Below are positions 1 to 11,515 of a DNA stretch of 57,078 bases, in pieces. The notes below the pieces were generated by a model that did no database searches, had not been told where the DNA came from, and was given only the letters and a program-made list of their open reading frames with translations. The stretch's first letter is position 1. Each line of letters starts with the position of its first letter. Origin of the DNA: Vicugna vicugna (Eukaryota); assembly GCA_013265495.1 (NCBI GenBank), contig MU058793.1:858060-915137 (forward strand), given 5' to 3'. The translations under genes were made by a program, and so were the position numbers.

Positions 1-200
1 ACATGATAATAGCATTATAAATGGCATCTCCAAAGACTTCAATTAAAATTGATTTGTCATTGTAATCTCAGCTAATAATGGTATGGTAATGGCATTATAA
101 TGAGGAGATCAAAGACTTACACTGAAATTATTTTGGCATTGTTATCCTATATTCTAAATGGCTTTGAATAGGCTGCTCTATACATAGATTTGAAACTGTT
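1..200. promoter_or_regulatory. Candidate conserved non-coding element (homeobox/TCF motif-rich), truncated by the window start
   Basis: Repeat-free AT-rich block with many TAAT/ATTA cores, palindrome CATTATAATG (93-102) and TCF/LEF motif AGATCAAAG (106-114); conservation not tested. Confidence 0.35.
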
Positions 201-919
201 GTGTCATAGTAATACTAAAAGCTAAGAGTATAGGTAACGGAATCATCCACTCCTTTCCCCTACAGCCTGGCTTGGAATTTCTTCTACCCTTTTCATTTCC
301 CATAGATGACGTTCAAATAGAGCATCAGTTTTAATTCCCAGACTCACAAAGAAGAAGAAAGAGGTTGAGAGGAAGCTAACGAGTGCCTAGAAATACTGCT
401 CTCAGATGAAGCTGGAGTGAGCCTGGCCACCCTCCTGCAGCAGATGCTGGGGTCTGAGTTCCTCTGCTCTCAGCTGGGGCTGAGACATCCTGACCTGATA
501 GGTAAACACCAGACCTAAGCCAAGGGTTCCTGTTAGTGGAGACAGCATCCCGCTCCTTCACCAGTGGCCATGCTATGAAACTGGAATTCTGCAGCTTCTG
601 AAGTTTAGTGCCTCTTGCCTCTTGTCCTTTGTGGCTTTGCAGTTGTCACCCTTGTGGGCTTTGAGTGATATTGAATCCTTCCACCCCTAGCTCTCTGGCT
701 GTAAAACCAGCTGTGCATGTGTGTGTGTTGTGTTTGTTTATTTACTTTGACAGGGACATAAATTAAATGGAATGACATGTAGACCTAATTCATACTTCCG
801 GGAAGGTTCTAAGGCTCGAATATTGTTCTAGTTTAGAGAATATTATATTAGTTAACATTAAAACTAACAAATACATAGTTTTTACTACATGACAGAAGCT
901 ATCCTAAACAGTTTAAATA

Positions 920-1551
920 TGGTTGATTCATAATATTCATGGTAGTCATGATCTATAAACTCCCCACGAACACAGAATTAACAGATACCCAGCCATAGAG
1001 TCTAGGGAAAATACAGGGTTAGATTTCTGTGAGCCTCTGCTCACATTTATTGTCAATTGATGGGATACAGAACCTTGTTTTATGTGTGTTTGTGTTTAAA
1101 GACACTTTATTTAACATATATCCTTCAATCATTTCCATTGAGCTCATGGCCAACAACACCGTATCTCATGCCTGAATGAAGCTTTTCTAACACAAGTATT
1201 TTCTCCATAAGGCCCATCCCAGTGTCCTTGTGCTTAGAAACACTAGACAGCACTTCAGCCCTATGCCTGAGGGCCATTTTAAACAGAGAAAATCAACAAA
1301 AAGAACAGAAATGCTCAGGGAAAAAAAACCAAAAACATGGCACTGAACAGACCATGAAAAGAACACTTCTTTAGCGCATGAGAGCAGAAATAAGGAGGCA
1401 GTGTTGCCTTGTTCAACCTAGTTTATGTTTTTCCCTACATGTCCATGAAGGGCCACAAAATTGCCACAAGTATTGTTATTGAGCTTCCAAATAAACTTAG
1501 TAAGTAGGCAAATTTGCAAATGCAGAATCTAGGAAAGATAAGAATTGCCTG
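920..1551 (-). mobile_element. MER82 (TcMar-Tigger) DNA transposon fossil, inserted in a MIR
   Basis: Reverse-complement homologue of the copy at 48097-48717 (e.g. GCCTGAATGAAGCTT, ACACTAGACAGCACTTCAGC, GTAGGCAAATTTGCAAATGCAGAATC); matches recalled MER82 consensus. Confidence 0.8.
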
Positions 1552-1650
1552 CATAATAATTGATTTAGTCTCTACATCAACTCCTTAACTATCTCCATCT
1601 CATAGACGAGGAAACTGAGGCACCGAGAGAATAAGAAACTTGCTCACTGT
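1552..1650 (-). mobile_element. MIR SINE fragment (other part ~870-919)
   Basis: MIR core ATAGACGAGGAAACTGAGGCACCGAGAG..AACTTGCTCA. Confidence 0.7.
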
Positions 1651-1870
1651 TCAGTTTTAATTCAGTTTCATCAATAATTACCCTGGGTTGGTTTCTTTTT
1701 AAAAACTAAATAAATCATATGCTTGATATTTAGTTCAGTTTAGTTTTTCACTTAGGAGATTGATTTGGAAAAACGGCATGGCCCTGGTTTTTGGATGAAA
1801 GAGGTATCATAGACGTCCAATTTTTAAGACCTTTGGACTAAGCCAGGTTGGGGGACTAGCAAGTGGAAGA

Positions 1871-2404
1871 TGTAGCAGACACTATGGATGCTAAGCCAAA
1901 TCCATTCCCGCCCCGCCTTTCCTGGCTGTTAGCGTGCCAAGCTCTGTGTGGCTCTGCACTGAGGACGGAGGCCCTCCGCAGTCCCAGGGGAGGTGACTCT
2001 CGATTAACAGAAGCCAATCAGAATGATTCTATTTCCCTAATCAAGCCGGCTTAGGCAAGGGCTTGCAATTCCAGCCAATAAGAAGTGAAAGAAAATGCAC
2101 AGCACAGCTCCAGGGAAAGTTATTCCTTTCATTTAAGAAATATCTGAGAAGGAGGAGCTCCTTCTCCTGCCCCTGGATATCACCGTGTAAGAATGTGATA
2201 CTTGGAACCACTGTAGCCATCTTGTGACCATGAGGAGACTAAGTGGAATGGTAGAGCTGAAGATGTAGTTAAGGCACAGATTCAAACATTCCTGAAGCCA
2301 CCCTACCTCCAGCCCCTGGACCATCTGAGATAATAAACCCTCACTTGTTTAAGCTGCTTTTAATTGTGTTGATTAGTAGAAACTGAAAGTATCCCAATAG
2401 GTAC
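1871..2404 (+). mobile_element. ERVL-MaLR solo LTR, MLT1J/K/L-like
   Basis: Starts TGTAGCAGACACT; contains GCCATCTTGTGACCATGAGG and GATAATAAACCC..TTGTTTAAGC typical of MLT1K-group LTRs. Confidence 0.65.
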
Positions 2405-2884
2405 TGGAATTTTGCTTGGGAATCCTTTATAATGGAGAACTGGGAGACACTAAGCACAGAAATTACACAGACAGATTCCCAGAGAGGTTGAACTCTATTT
2501 AAGAAGCACAATGTACTGGTTGCTAAGAGCTGCTGAGAGGATATAAATGGCCAGGGAAATTTCCCCTACTCAGAGACAGCTTATAATCTAGTTAGTTGAG
2601 AAAACCAAACAGAGCCAGTTCAAGAATTCTTGTGCAAAGAAACAGTAAATTCCACTTAATTCTGCCAGTATTAACCTGAAATACATGTAGTAGAGGTGTG
2701 TTGATGAATTAAACATACTCCCTGTCCTCTACAATCTAGTATAGAAAATTAGACTGACAGGTGATTATAATTCAAGGAATATTGTGGAAAGACGTTTTGG
2801 GAGAAAGTAAGTTTGAGAGGTTAATTTCTTCTGGCAGACCCACATCTCTTCTGTGTAAAATTCTTCAGTGGTTTCCAGTTACAC

Positions 2885-3335
2885 TACATTTATTCAACAG
2901 ATAGTTACTGAGCAATTACTTGGGATCAGCACTATTCTAGGTGCTGGGACACAGCAGCGAACAACAGCAACAACAAAGTCCCTGCTCTCATGACGTTACA
3001 CTCTAATAAACAGGAGACAATACAATAAACAAATCAGTGAATATATTCCACGTCAAGGGTGATGTTACCAAGAAAAATAAAGGAAGGTACAGGGTAGGAG
3101 TGCTATTTTATACTGACTGATGAGAAGCTGACATTTGAGCAGAAAGCTGAAGGAGGTGAGGGCGCAAGCTATGTGTGGATGCGTGGGGAAAGTGTTTGAG
3201 GCAAAATGAACAGCGAATGCAAAGGCCCTGAGGCAGAGAGTGCCTGACACTCTCGAGGAACGAGAAGTAGGTCAATGTGCCTGGAACAGAATGAATGATG
3301 GGAAAGTTGTGGGAAGTGAGATCAGAGAGGCAGTC
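2885..3335 (-). mobile_element. L2 LINE 3' fragment
   Basis: ATTCAACAGATAGTTACTGAGC..GTCCCTGCTCTCATG..TGCAAAGGCCCTGAGGCAG, antisense L2a 3' end. Confidence 0.75.
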
Positions 3336-3340
3336 AAGAG

Positions 3341-4410
3341 CAGAGTCAAACTTAACCATGAAGTTAATGAAGCTCTGACAATGTAATCAGAAAGTCACAG
3401 GTTTTGGTGTAATCTGAAAAAGTAAGATATTTTAGCCACAATCAATTAAGACTGCTTTTCTTTCTATTCTCCATGGAGCTCCATCGCATTTCCCTCCATG
3501 CTGGGTCTTTAGAGAGGCTATAGGTTTTGGAGAGCTGGCTAAGAGGAAGTTATCTTGGGGATACATCTAGTCCAGGGTATATTTATGTGAATCACAGTCG
3601 CTTCCATGACTAGCTGTCCCTGTGTGGGAATGGCTTCCAGGAATGCTTCTGCAGCTCACCACCCAGCACTGTGACCCAACGATGCGTAGCCAGCAGTCCA
3701 GTGGGAAAATAAGTTCTACAGAGTCCAGGTCTGGAACTCTGGGAGGGGTTTAACAAAGTGTTAAATATATAGAACTAGAAGCTAGTCTTTAAAAATTCTC
3801 CCAACATCTGATACGTAAACTCGTAAGCAGAAGTTTAGTTCCCACTGGTGCCTAATCACAACGGAAGTTCTCTCCCACTGGGTGTATATGCAAGAGTGCA
3901 GAGCTACAGTGACAAATGCACCTTTGTGCATCTCGAGGAACAGAGCTTATCAGACAAGCACATAAACCCAAAGCAGTACGACAAACAGCAAGTCTATACA
4001 CCATCAATATGTAGTCACTCACCATCAGTAATAAAACAGAATTTCAAACAATCATCCTAGAGGAGAAACTGAATTATCTTGATTCTGTCTCTCGAAACTG
4101 ACATTATAATAACCTTGTTGTATGGAGAGGTGATCAAAGTACACGCAGACAAAGAATTTAAGGGGGAAAATGTGACAGAGGCGGTTCAGTCAGTTCATTA
4201 ATGAAAATGTTATGTTATTTTTCAGGATTTCATGATGTTTGTGGTATGTGTCAGTTTTTTGACTTGTAATTTGTAGTGAGTTCTTTTTCATACTAAAAAT
4301 ATATTCAGTTTCAAATGTTACGTTGTATTCCTAACTTTGTATTGTTTATGTTAAAGAGAGTCCCCAAATTGCGTTGGTTTCAGGTCTCAGAAAACCCAAT
4401 GTCAGCCCCA
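3341..4410 (+). mobile_element. Arthur1-like hAT-Tip100 DNA transposon fossil
   Basis: 5' end CAGAGTCAAACTTAACCATGAAGTTAATGAAGCT and 3' end CCCCAAATTG..TTTCAGGTCTCAGAAAACCCAATGTCAGCCCC resemble recalled Arthur1 termini; decayed hAT dimerisation-domain-like coding remnant (EEKLNYL) near 4060-4100. Confidence 0.6.
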
Positions 4411-5644
4411 TTTTGAAGACTTCTGACAAACATTAAACACTGTAACCTTAAATGTGTAATTTGTGTGACTTTTTAAAATTGCTTTATGTACCTGTAGTGA
4501 GAACTGATTTATGATCACTTGGAAGATTTGTATAACTTTATAAAAGTCATATTCAATTAAAGTATCTGTTTCAATGATCTCTGTATTTTGCCAGACTTAA
4601 ATTACCTGTGGCTATTAAACTTCATTGTCTGAATTTCCTTAAAAAAAAAAAAAATGAAAGAAAAAAAACCTCCCCCAAAACAAGAATCTGAGGCATGGTG
4701 TGACAGTATCCTGGCTGATGCTGAGGAAGGTCATTCCAGCAACAGAGTTCAATAGTGATTCCCAGATTTGGGGATTTCATGCACCAGTAATATCTCCAAA
4801 AACAATTTTGAGGGGACCAATATTTGATTACTAACTGTAAAAAGTCATATCAATTAGCATTTAGAACAACCATATTTGTTACTTTTCAAAAAATAATCTT
4901 ACAAAGAAACATACTGAAGTCTCTATGGATAAAATCATATAATGTCTACACTTTGTTTTAAATTTATCCAACAGAGTATGGGGGAGCAAGAGGAAGACTG
5001 GATAAAACAAGTTTGGTCATTTGTTGGTATTTGTGAAGTTGGGTGCTGAGTACACGGGGTTCAATACGCTAGTCTGCTTTTGTAAATGCCGATAATTTTC
5101 ATAACAAAAAGGGTAAAAGTTAACCAGATCTAACATACCCATAATTCTATTAAAAAAAAAAAAAAGAATATATGAGCACACCAGAAGTTGGGAGGCCATA
5201 TTGTACCATCCTTTACATTGAACAAATTTAATCTTATGAAAAACTCACTATACTATGCTTATTTTTTGTTATTACTGTTTCATAGTCAATCAGCGAAATA
5301 CATTCCAAGCTGTTCAGGGACCACCTCTGTGGGAGTGGGGTCAAGTTGGCAGATTACTCCCAAATGTTTCAGAAGGAAAAAAAAAGGGGGCTGTTTGAAT
5401 TGTACTTCCTAATTTTCTGTAAGATCATGATGTGTGTGTGTGTGTGCACGTGTGCAAGAGAACTGGGGTTAAGCCTTGGACTTTGCCCACACATATAAAC
5501 ATTATTGTACAAGTCACCCAACCTGCCTGAGCCCTCAGTTACTGTACCTGAAAAATGAGTATAGTAATACATAACTCCTGCAGTTTTTTTAAGGATTAAA
5601 TAAGACAATAAGTAGATCTTACACATGGATGTTAGAAGTATGAG

Positions 5645-6370
5645 TTGACAAAAACCCCTTTAGAGGACAATTTGGCAACATCTCAAACTCTACATGCCTT
5701 TACCTTGTGGCCCAGCAATCTTACTGCTGGGAATTTATCCAACAATCCTTGTATATATATGTAATCGCACATGTATAGGATAGTCATCATATTATTGCTT
5801 TTAGTTACAAACCCTGAAAATAACCCAAATGATCATCAATAGAAGACTAATTAAATTTGTGGAGAAGGGTGTACCCTCAAATGGTAGAGGGCATGCTTAG
5901 CATGTATGAGGTCCTGGGTTCAATCCCCAGTGCCTCTTCTAATGTAATGAGTAAACCTAATCACCTCCACAAAAAAATTTTTTTAATTAAAAAAATAATA
6001 AAATCTAAATTCTGGTAACTTCATACAATGCACCTGTGAAAAAGACCCAGGGAGTTATGTACTGATATGAAAAAATCTCCAGTATAAATTGTTTAGCAAA
6101 AAAACAAAGAATGAAGAACATGGATATAATTTACTATCTTTAGGTTAAAAGAAAGAAGGAAAAATAAGACTATGTATTCATATCTGCTTAAAGAAAATGT
6201 AAGGACATGCAATAAGCTATTAAAATGGATTCTTGGTTTGGGGGAGGCTTTTTTTTTTTCCTTAAGGAATGAGAACTGAGGTGATGGTGACGATCAAGAT
6301 GCTTTGCTATATAATTGTATATGTTTTTTTTAAATTGTATAAATGTATTCAGAACTTAAGCTTAAAAATA
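5645..6370 (+). mobile_element. Old L1 (L1ME-like) ORF2-end/3'UTR fragment, interrupted by a SINE
   Basis: GGACAATTTGGCAACATCT..CCCAGCAATCTTACTGCTGGGAATTTATCC..AACCCAAATGATCATCAATAG. Confidence 0.6.
5861..6000 (+). mobile_element. Camelid tRNA-Ala-derived SINE (Vic-1-like)
   Basis: GGTAGAG..CATGCTTAGCATG..GAGGTCCTGGGTTCAATCCCCAG head, AAACCTAAT.ACCTCC body, A-rich tail. Confidence 0.85.
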
Positions 6371-6475
6371 GACTGTATGGGGAGAGAACATTCCTGGTTA
6401 CATGGAACAAAAATAATGGAAGTCATACGATTCGTACTATTACTGCCATCATCTTTATGGAATTACCCTCTAGAT

Positions 6476-6993
6476 CTGCACTGTCCAACACAGGAGCCTG
6501 TAGACATGTGTGGCTATTAAGCATCTGAAATGTGGCCGGTCCAAGTGGAGATGTGTCATCTATGTAAAATATACACCAGATTTCAAAGACTTAGTAAGAA
6601 AAAAAGACTATAAAATATCACATTAAGAATTTTTATATTGCGGGGAGAGTGTATTTCAGTGGTAGAGTGCATGACTAGCATGCATGAGGTCCTGGGTTCA
6701 ATCCCCAGTACCTCTACTGAAAAAAAAAAACAAACACCTAATTACCTCCCTCTAAAAAAACAATACCAAAAAAAAACCCCACTGAATTTATTTTTAAAAG
6801 TTCCTTAGTAAAAAAAAAATTTAAAGAATTTTATATTAATTATATGCTATGGTAGATCAAAAAATAAGAGCTATTATTAAAATAAATTTCATCTGTTTCT
6901 CTTTATTTTTTTTTAATGTGCTTACTAAAAATTTTTAAATTTTCTCCATGGCTCACTTTTGTGGCTCGCATTCTGTTTCTATTGGATAACACT
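6476..6993 (-). mobile_element. MER33 (hAT-Charlie) fossil, split by a SINE
   Basis: CTGCACTGTCCAA..ACATGTGTGGCTATTAAGCATCTGAAATGTGGC..GTGGCTCGCATT..TTTCTATTGGATAACACT; degenerate terminal inverted repeats. Confidence 0.75.
6642..6822 (+). mobile_element. Vic-1-like SINE
   Basis: Same tRNA-Ala-like head; imperfect TSD AAGAATTTT(T)ATATT on both sides. Confidence 0.85.
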
Positions 6994-7537
6994 TCTCTGT
7001 AGCATTAAGTACTGGGACTCAGACATAAGAGAGGCTTCATGTCCATGTGTTAAGGGAATGCGAGAATGAATACCCCGTGACAATCTCATAACATGTGTCA
7101 AGAACCTGGAGGGGAAGAGTTAGGCTGCTCAAACCGCTTCTTTAGATTGAAAGCAGGAAAGCAGAAGAAACTCTCCTCCTATCATCATGGGCACACACAT
7201 GGACCTTTAATTTAGCCAATTAAAATGCTCTCTCAATTATAATCAATGGTTACTCGGTCTGAAGAGCATGTGTTTGCTTCTTGCACTGGATTGTTTGGAG
7301 TTGTTCAAGCACAGCTGTCTGCAGAAAATGCTCTCCTTCCTCCAGAGATCTGTGAGAGCAGAAAACACTTGCAGACTCCCATCCAGAAAATATATCTTAT
7401 TTTTCAGTTCAGAAGATGAATCCCATCTCATAAATCTCACAGGTACCACATGCATCACCACATCTGATGTGGAGCAATGAAGGAGAAAGAACACTGGCTT
7501 TGGAGTCAGACAGATCTGAATTCAAATTTGGGCTCCA

Positions 7538-7910
7538 TGTCAGTTTCCTAGGGCTCTGTAATGAAGCATCCATCACACAATGGTTGGCTTCAACCACAGA
7601 AATTGTCTCACAGTCCTGGAGTCTAGAAGTGCAAAATCAAGGTGTCAGCAGGATTGGATCCTTCTTAAAGCTGAGAGGGAGGAACCTTTCCCAGCCTCCC
7701 TCCTGTGGGTGTGGATGGCCATCTTCTCCCTACATCTCTTTGCATTGTCTTCCCTCTGTGTACGTGCCTGATTCCAAATGTCCCTGTTTTATAAGGTTTG
7801 GATTAGATCCCATGCTAATGACTTCATTTAATTTAATTACCTCTATAGAAACCCTATCTCCAAATCAGGTCACAATCTGAGGTTCTGGAAATTAGGACTT
7901 CACCATGTGA
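7538..7910 (-). mobile_element. MLT1 (MLT1B/C-like) MaLR LTR inserted in a MIR
   Basis: GTTTCCTAGGGCT..TCTCACAGTCCTGGAGTCTAGAAGT..AAATCAAGGTGTCAGCAGG..GGTCACAATCTGAGGTTCTGG; MIR halves at ~7480-7537 and ~7930-8050. Confidence 0.75.
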
Positions 7911-9339
7911 CAGGGCGAGGGGCTCTGTCCTTTCTTGGGTGACTTTGGGTGACCTGCGCTAAACTCTGAGCATCAGTTTCTTCATCTTGTCCCTGGCAAA
8001 CTTGCATTGAGAATGGAAGATTACATATGTAAAAGCTGGTAGCTCTGGGACTGCAGACAGTCATCCTTGCTACCACCGGAGGACATCATGTTTGAAAATA
8101 ATGCCAACACCAAGAGAATTGGAGATGGAGAGAGAGTTCCTTATGATTTTCAGCTGGGACTGAAGTCAGGCACTCCCTAGAGTTTTCAGATATGAGAACA
8201 AATATATTTCCTTTTTGATTTTTAAAAAAAAACAACAATAAATATTTTTTAAATGTCCCAGGGTCTATGACACAGTCACTCAACCTTTTAAAAATGATCC
8301 GTAGTTTTCACATTTGGCACAAGAGCAGGAACATCACTGCTGGGCCCCACAGAGAGGCTATCAGAGGGTGCCTCATAATAATTAGATTGTGTTCCTCAAC
8401 TTTTAAGGAAAAGCTCATCATTTGTGGTGCGGTTCCACAAAGACATCAGTGTTATTCGTATGTTTCAGAAGCCCTTAAAGAGGGCTCAAAACATTTGCCT
8501 GCAAAAGCTGGTATTTGTCACTATCCTGTGCCTTTTCTCTTTCTTTGAAGCACCCTCTCAGGGATTCAGGAGCATGCCCTCTAACCTCTCATCCCTAATC
8601 AAAACCTGCTTATTTCCATCTCTGATGGCTCCTAACAAACAAATCACTGCCAGCAACTTAAAATTTTCACACAGGTATAACTGAGCAATAGATCCTCCAG
8701 AGATGTTCGCATTTTCACAAGAAACAAAACCCTAAGTCTCCAAGGGTGGGGACAAGGAGTAGAGAAAGAACCTTTGGTACATCAAGGCCTTCCTGGTTCC
8801 AAAAGAAGAAATAAATAAAATTGACCAGGATTATATTCTGTTTGTGTGCCCCATGGCAGGCCCTTTCATTAACACTCTCCATTTCAATTTTCACACACAT
8901 ATTAAAAAAGAAAGAACTTACAAAGTAGCTGTCATGCCCATTTTACAGGTGCAGGAACAGCCCAGCTCCCAGAGTAGAAGAGCGGGGATTTGATGTCATA
9001 TCTCTCTGACTACAGAAGGCATCTCATCCCCCTAACCAATCCTGTCCCTCTCATGGTATGATGGCCTTGCCCTGCCTCCCTTACAGAGAAACTTGGTCCT
9101 GTGTATCCAAAACATTCTGAAAACACCCTGGAAAATATCAAATCCTCTACAAGTGCAAGAAACCCATCTAGGACCACAAATCAACTTCTCAGATTGTTGT
9201 GTGGCACCCCTGCTGGAATTGGGGACCCCCACAGTCTCTCACAGGAAGGATGCTCCATGACTCCATAGCCATCAAGAAAAGCCGAAAGGAAAAATCCTGT
9301 AACCTATTAAATCCTGCTTTGCCCGGGATGCTTTCAACT

Positions 9340-9800
9340 GATAGCAATGAGGGCTTCAGCAAAAAAGGGATTTACTGGTGTCTGTAATGGTCTAGAGATG
9401 GATTCAGGAGAGCCTTTGTCCCTGGGGTTTAACAATGTCACCGAGTTCTGATTTCCTCCTGTCTCTCTTTTCTGCCTTCTTCAGTTCAACTCCATCTTAA
9501 GACTGCCTCCCCTCATGGACCCCAAAAGGCTGCTATCCTACTTGTCCATTCATAGTCAAAAGGAAAAAAGGGTCTATCCCAGGAACCCCTGAAATGGTCC
9601 TGAGGTTCATCCTGTTCGAATAGCCTTAGGTCACACGCCCACCACCTCTGTGCCAGTCACCATGGCCAGTGGATGAAACTCAGTGATTGGCTCAGCAGTT
9701 AATATGCTTTCCTCCTAGAGTTTGAGAAGGAGTCTTCTGCCTCAAAATGAGACAGATTCCCAAGTAGAAATTAGGAGCTGTTGGAAAGGAAGAAGGAAAA
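9340..9800 (-). mobile_element. Old MaLR LTR (MLT1J/K/L-like)
   Basis: GGATTCAGG..AATGTCACC..TTAGGTCACACGCCCACC..CCAGTCACCATGGCCAG..GATTGGCTCAG. Confidence 0.5.
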
Positions 9801-10039
9801 GATGCTAGAAAAGCATTCAATTTATGCCTATTGTGAAGCCTTTGAGCCTTTCCTATCCCATGATGCCTCCTTTGGCAACTGGTTTGAAGCTTCCTGAACA
9901 CCCTGATCCAGTCCCTAATTAGCTGGATTGCACCAGATCTCACTCATATTTGTCTTCGTGGAGCACATCAATCCCCCACTTACTCACTTTATGATTCAAA
10001 TTAGTAAGACCCTTTCAATAGCTTAAATCTCTCCGCTGA

Positions 10040-10360
10040 ACAAGCCTGTCTGTTATCTGGAAATATATGGTCACATGAACTTATTCAAAACACAACATTT
10101 TCTCATTATAATGAGACATGATTATTAATGGCAGAGTGCCCATCAGAAATGAAACTAATCCTTCATTTTGTTCAAAATAAATGTGCTCTAAAAAGAACAG
10201 AGATGATAAAATTAATTTGAGAGTAATCAATTCCTGCATTTTAAATGAACATAATTATGTAATCATTAAATTATTTAATGGGCTTCATTAGGCTTATTTC
10301 TGGCTTGGGTGTCACATTTTTTTATTCCAATTAGCTCAAGTGCTAAAATTAATTTTTTAT
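10040..10360. promoter_or_regulatory. Candidate conserved non-coding element
   Basis: Repeat-free and TAAT-dense; perfect palindromes TCTCATTATAATGAGA (10101-10116) and ACATAATTATGT (10249-10260). Confidence 0.4.
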
Positions 10361-11150
10361 GACTGGTAAGAGTACTCATCCAAGGCAGGATGATAGCTGG
10401 GGTCTGCCTAGCCCTACCTGGGGGTTAAGTCGGGCCACACCTCCCCTAACAAAAGGATTCATTGTGTCAGTACAAGTACAGCCAATCAAGGTGTGGAGAA
10501 AGCCCAGGCCAGGTCCACAGCAGATATCAGACCTGCTTCCACTAGACAGGATGCTCTGTCAGATTCTACTGGGCATTCCCAAGAAAGTCTTGCAAAAGAG
10601 ACATCTCCCAGAGGAAACTTATATGGCAGCCCATGTCACTGCTGTATTATTACCTAGAATGGGCATGATTATAGAACAGGAGAAACCTAGGCAACTCACA
10701 GACCTATGTTCTTATCCCAGTTTTGTTTGTGGTGAGGTATAAGACCCAAAGCAATTTATGTAACCTCTGGGAGCCTCGGTTCCTTTATCTGCAAATGGGA
10801 GTGATGAAGTAACTAAGAGTTTCTCAGAGTTGTTTGTAAGCATTAGCAATAATGTGCACAAAGTCTGGTAGATGGTTGTCACTCTATAGTGGTGATTATT
10901 CTCACTATCACAATCAGACATGCACACAGTCAGTCATCAGGGATGCTAAGGCTGAGACACAGACTAACTTTTTCAACCTGAACATTAACAATAAACCTTA
11001 TAAATAACAGGGAATTCCAAGTGACAGTGCTGCAAAAGAAGAGATACTCCAAATTCTTCTTATAAAAAGACATTATAGAATGAAGGCATTTATAATTCCC
11101 AAAAAAAGTGGGAGGGCAATGTTACTTGGGGACTGAGAGTAGGGGGTCTG

Positions 11151-11296
11151 CTACTGCACAGGGAACTATATTCAGTACCTTGGAATAAACTATAGTGGAA
11201 AAGAATATGAAAAGGAATATCCATATATATGTATAAATGAATCACTATGCTGTACACCAGAAATTAACACAACATTGTAAACTGATCAAAAAATAA
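11151..11296 (+). mobile_element. 5'-truncated cetartiodactyl L1 3' tail
   Basis: CACAGGGAACTATATTCAGTACC..TGCTGTACACCAGAAATTAACACAACATTGTAAA; TSD AGAGTAGG(G/C)GGTCTG at 11136-11150 and 11297-11311. Confidence 0.85.
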
Positions 11297-11311
11297 AGAG
11301 TAGGCGGTCTG

Positions 11312-11515
11312 GAGGCAGACTCCCTGGGTTCAAGCAAAGCAACTGCTTCCTAGTCATATGACTTTGATCAAGCTACTTAATCTCTTGAAATCTCGGAATC
11401 CTCATCTAAAATTGAGGGTAATAATAAAATTGAGTTATTGTGAGGGTTAAATTGTATAATGTATAGAAAGTCACATGCCGAGCACACAGTAAATACTCAA
11501 TATATATTATCTATT
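11312..11515 (+). mobile_element. MIR SINE
   Basis: CCTGGGTTCAA..TGACTTTGATCAAGCTACTTAATCTCT..CCTCATCTAAAAT..GTTATTGTGAGGGTTAAAT. Confidence 0.7.

Noticed and set aside
300..751. Possible ancient LTR remnant ending in TGACA
   Set aside because: Could not assign a family or find the other terminus with confidence
7243..7880. 70-137 aa ORFs and a mini-exon-like segment near 7408-7442
   Set aside because: The longest ORF lies in MIR/MLT1 repeat sequence; the donor site is weak; no homology recognised
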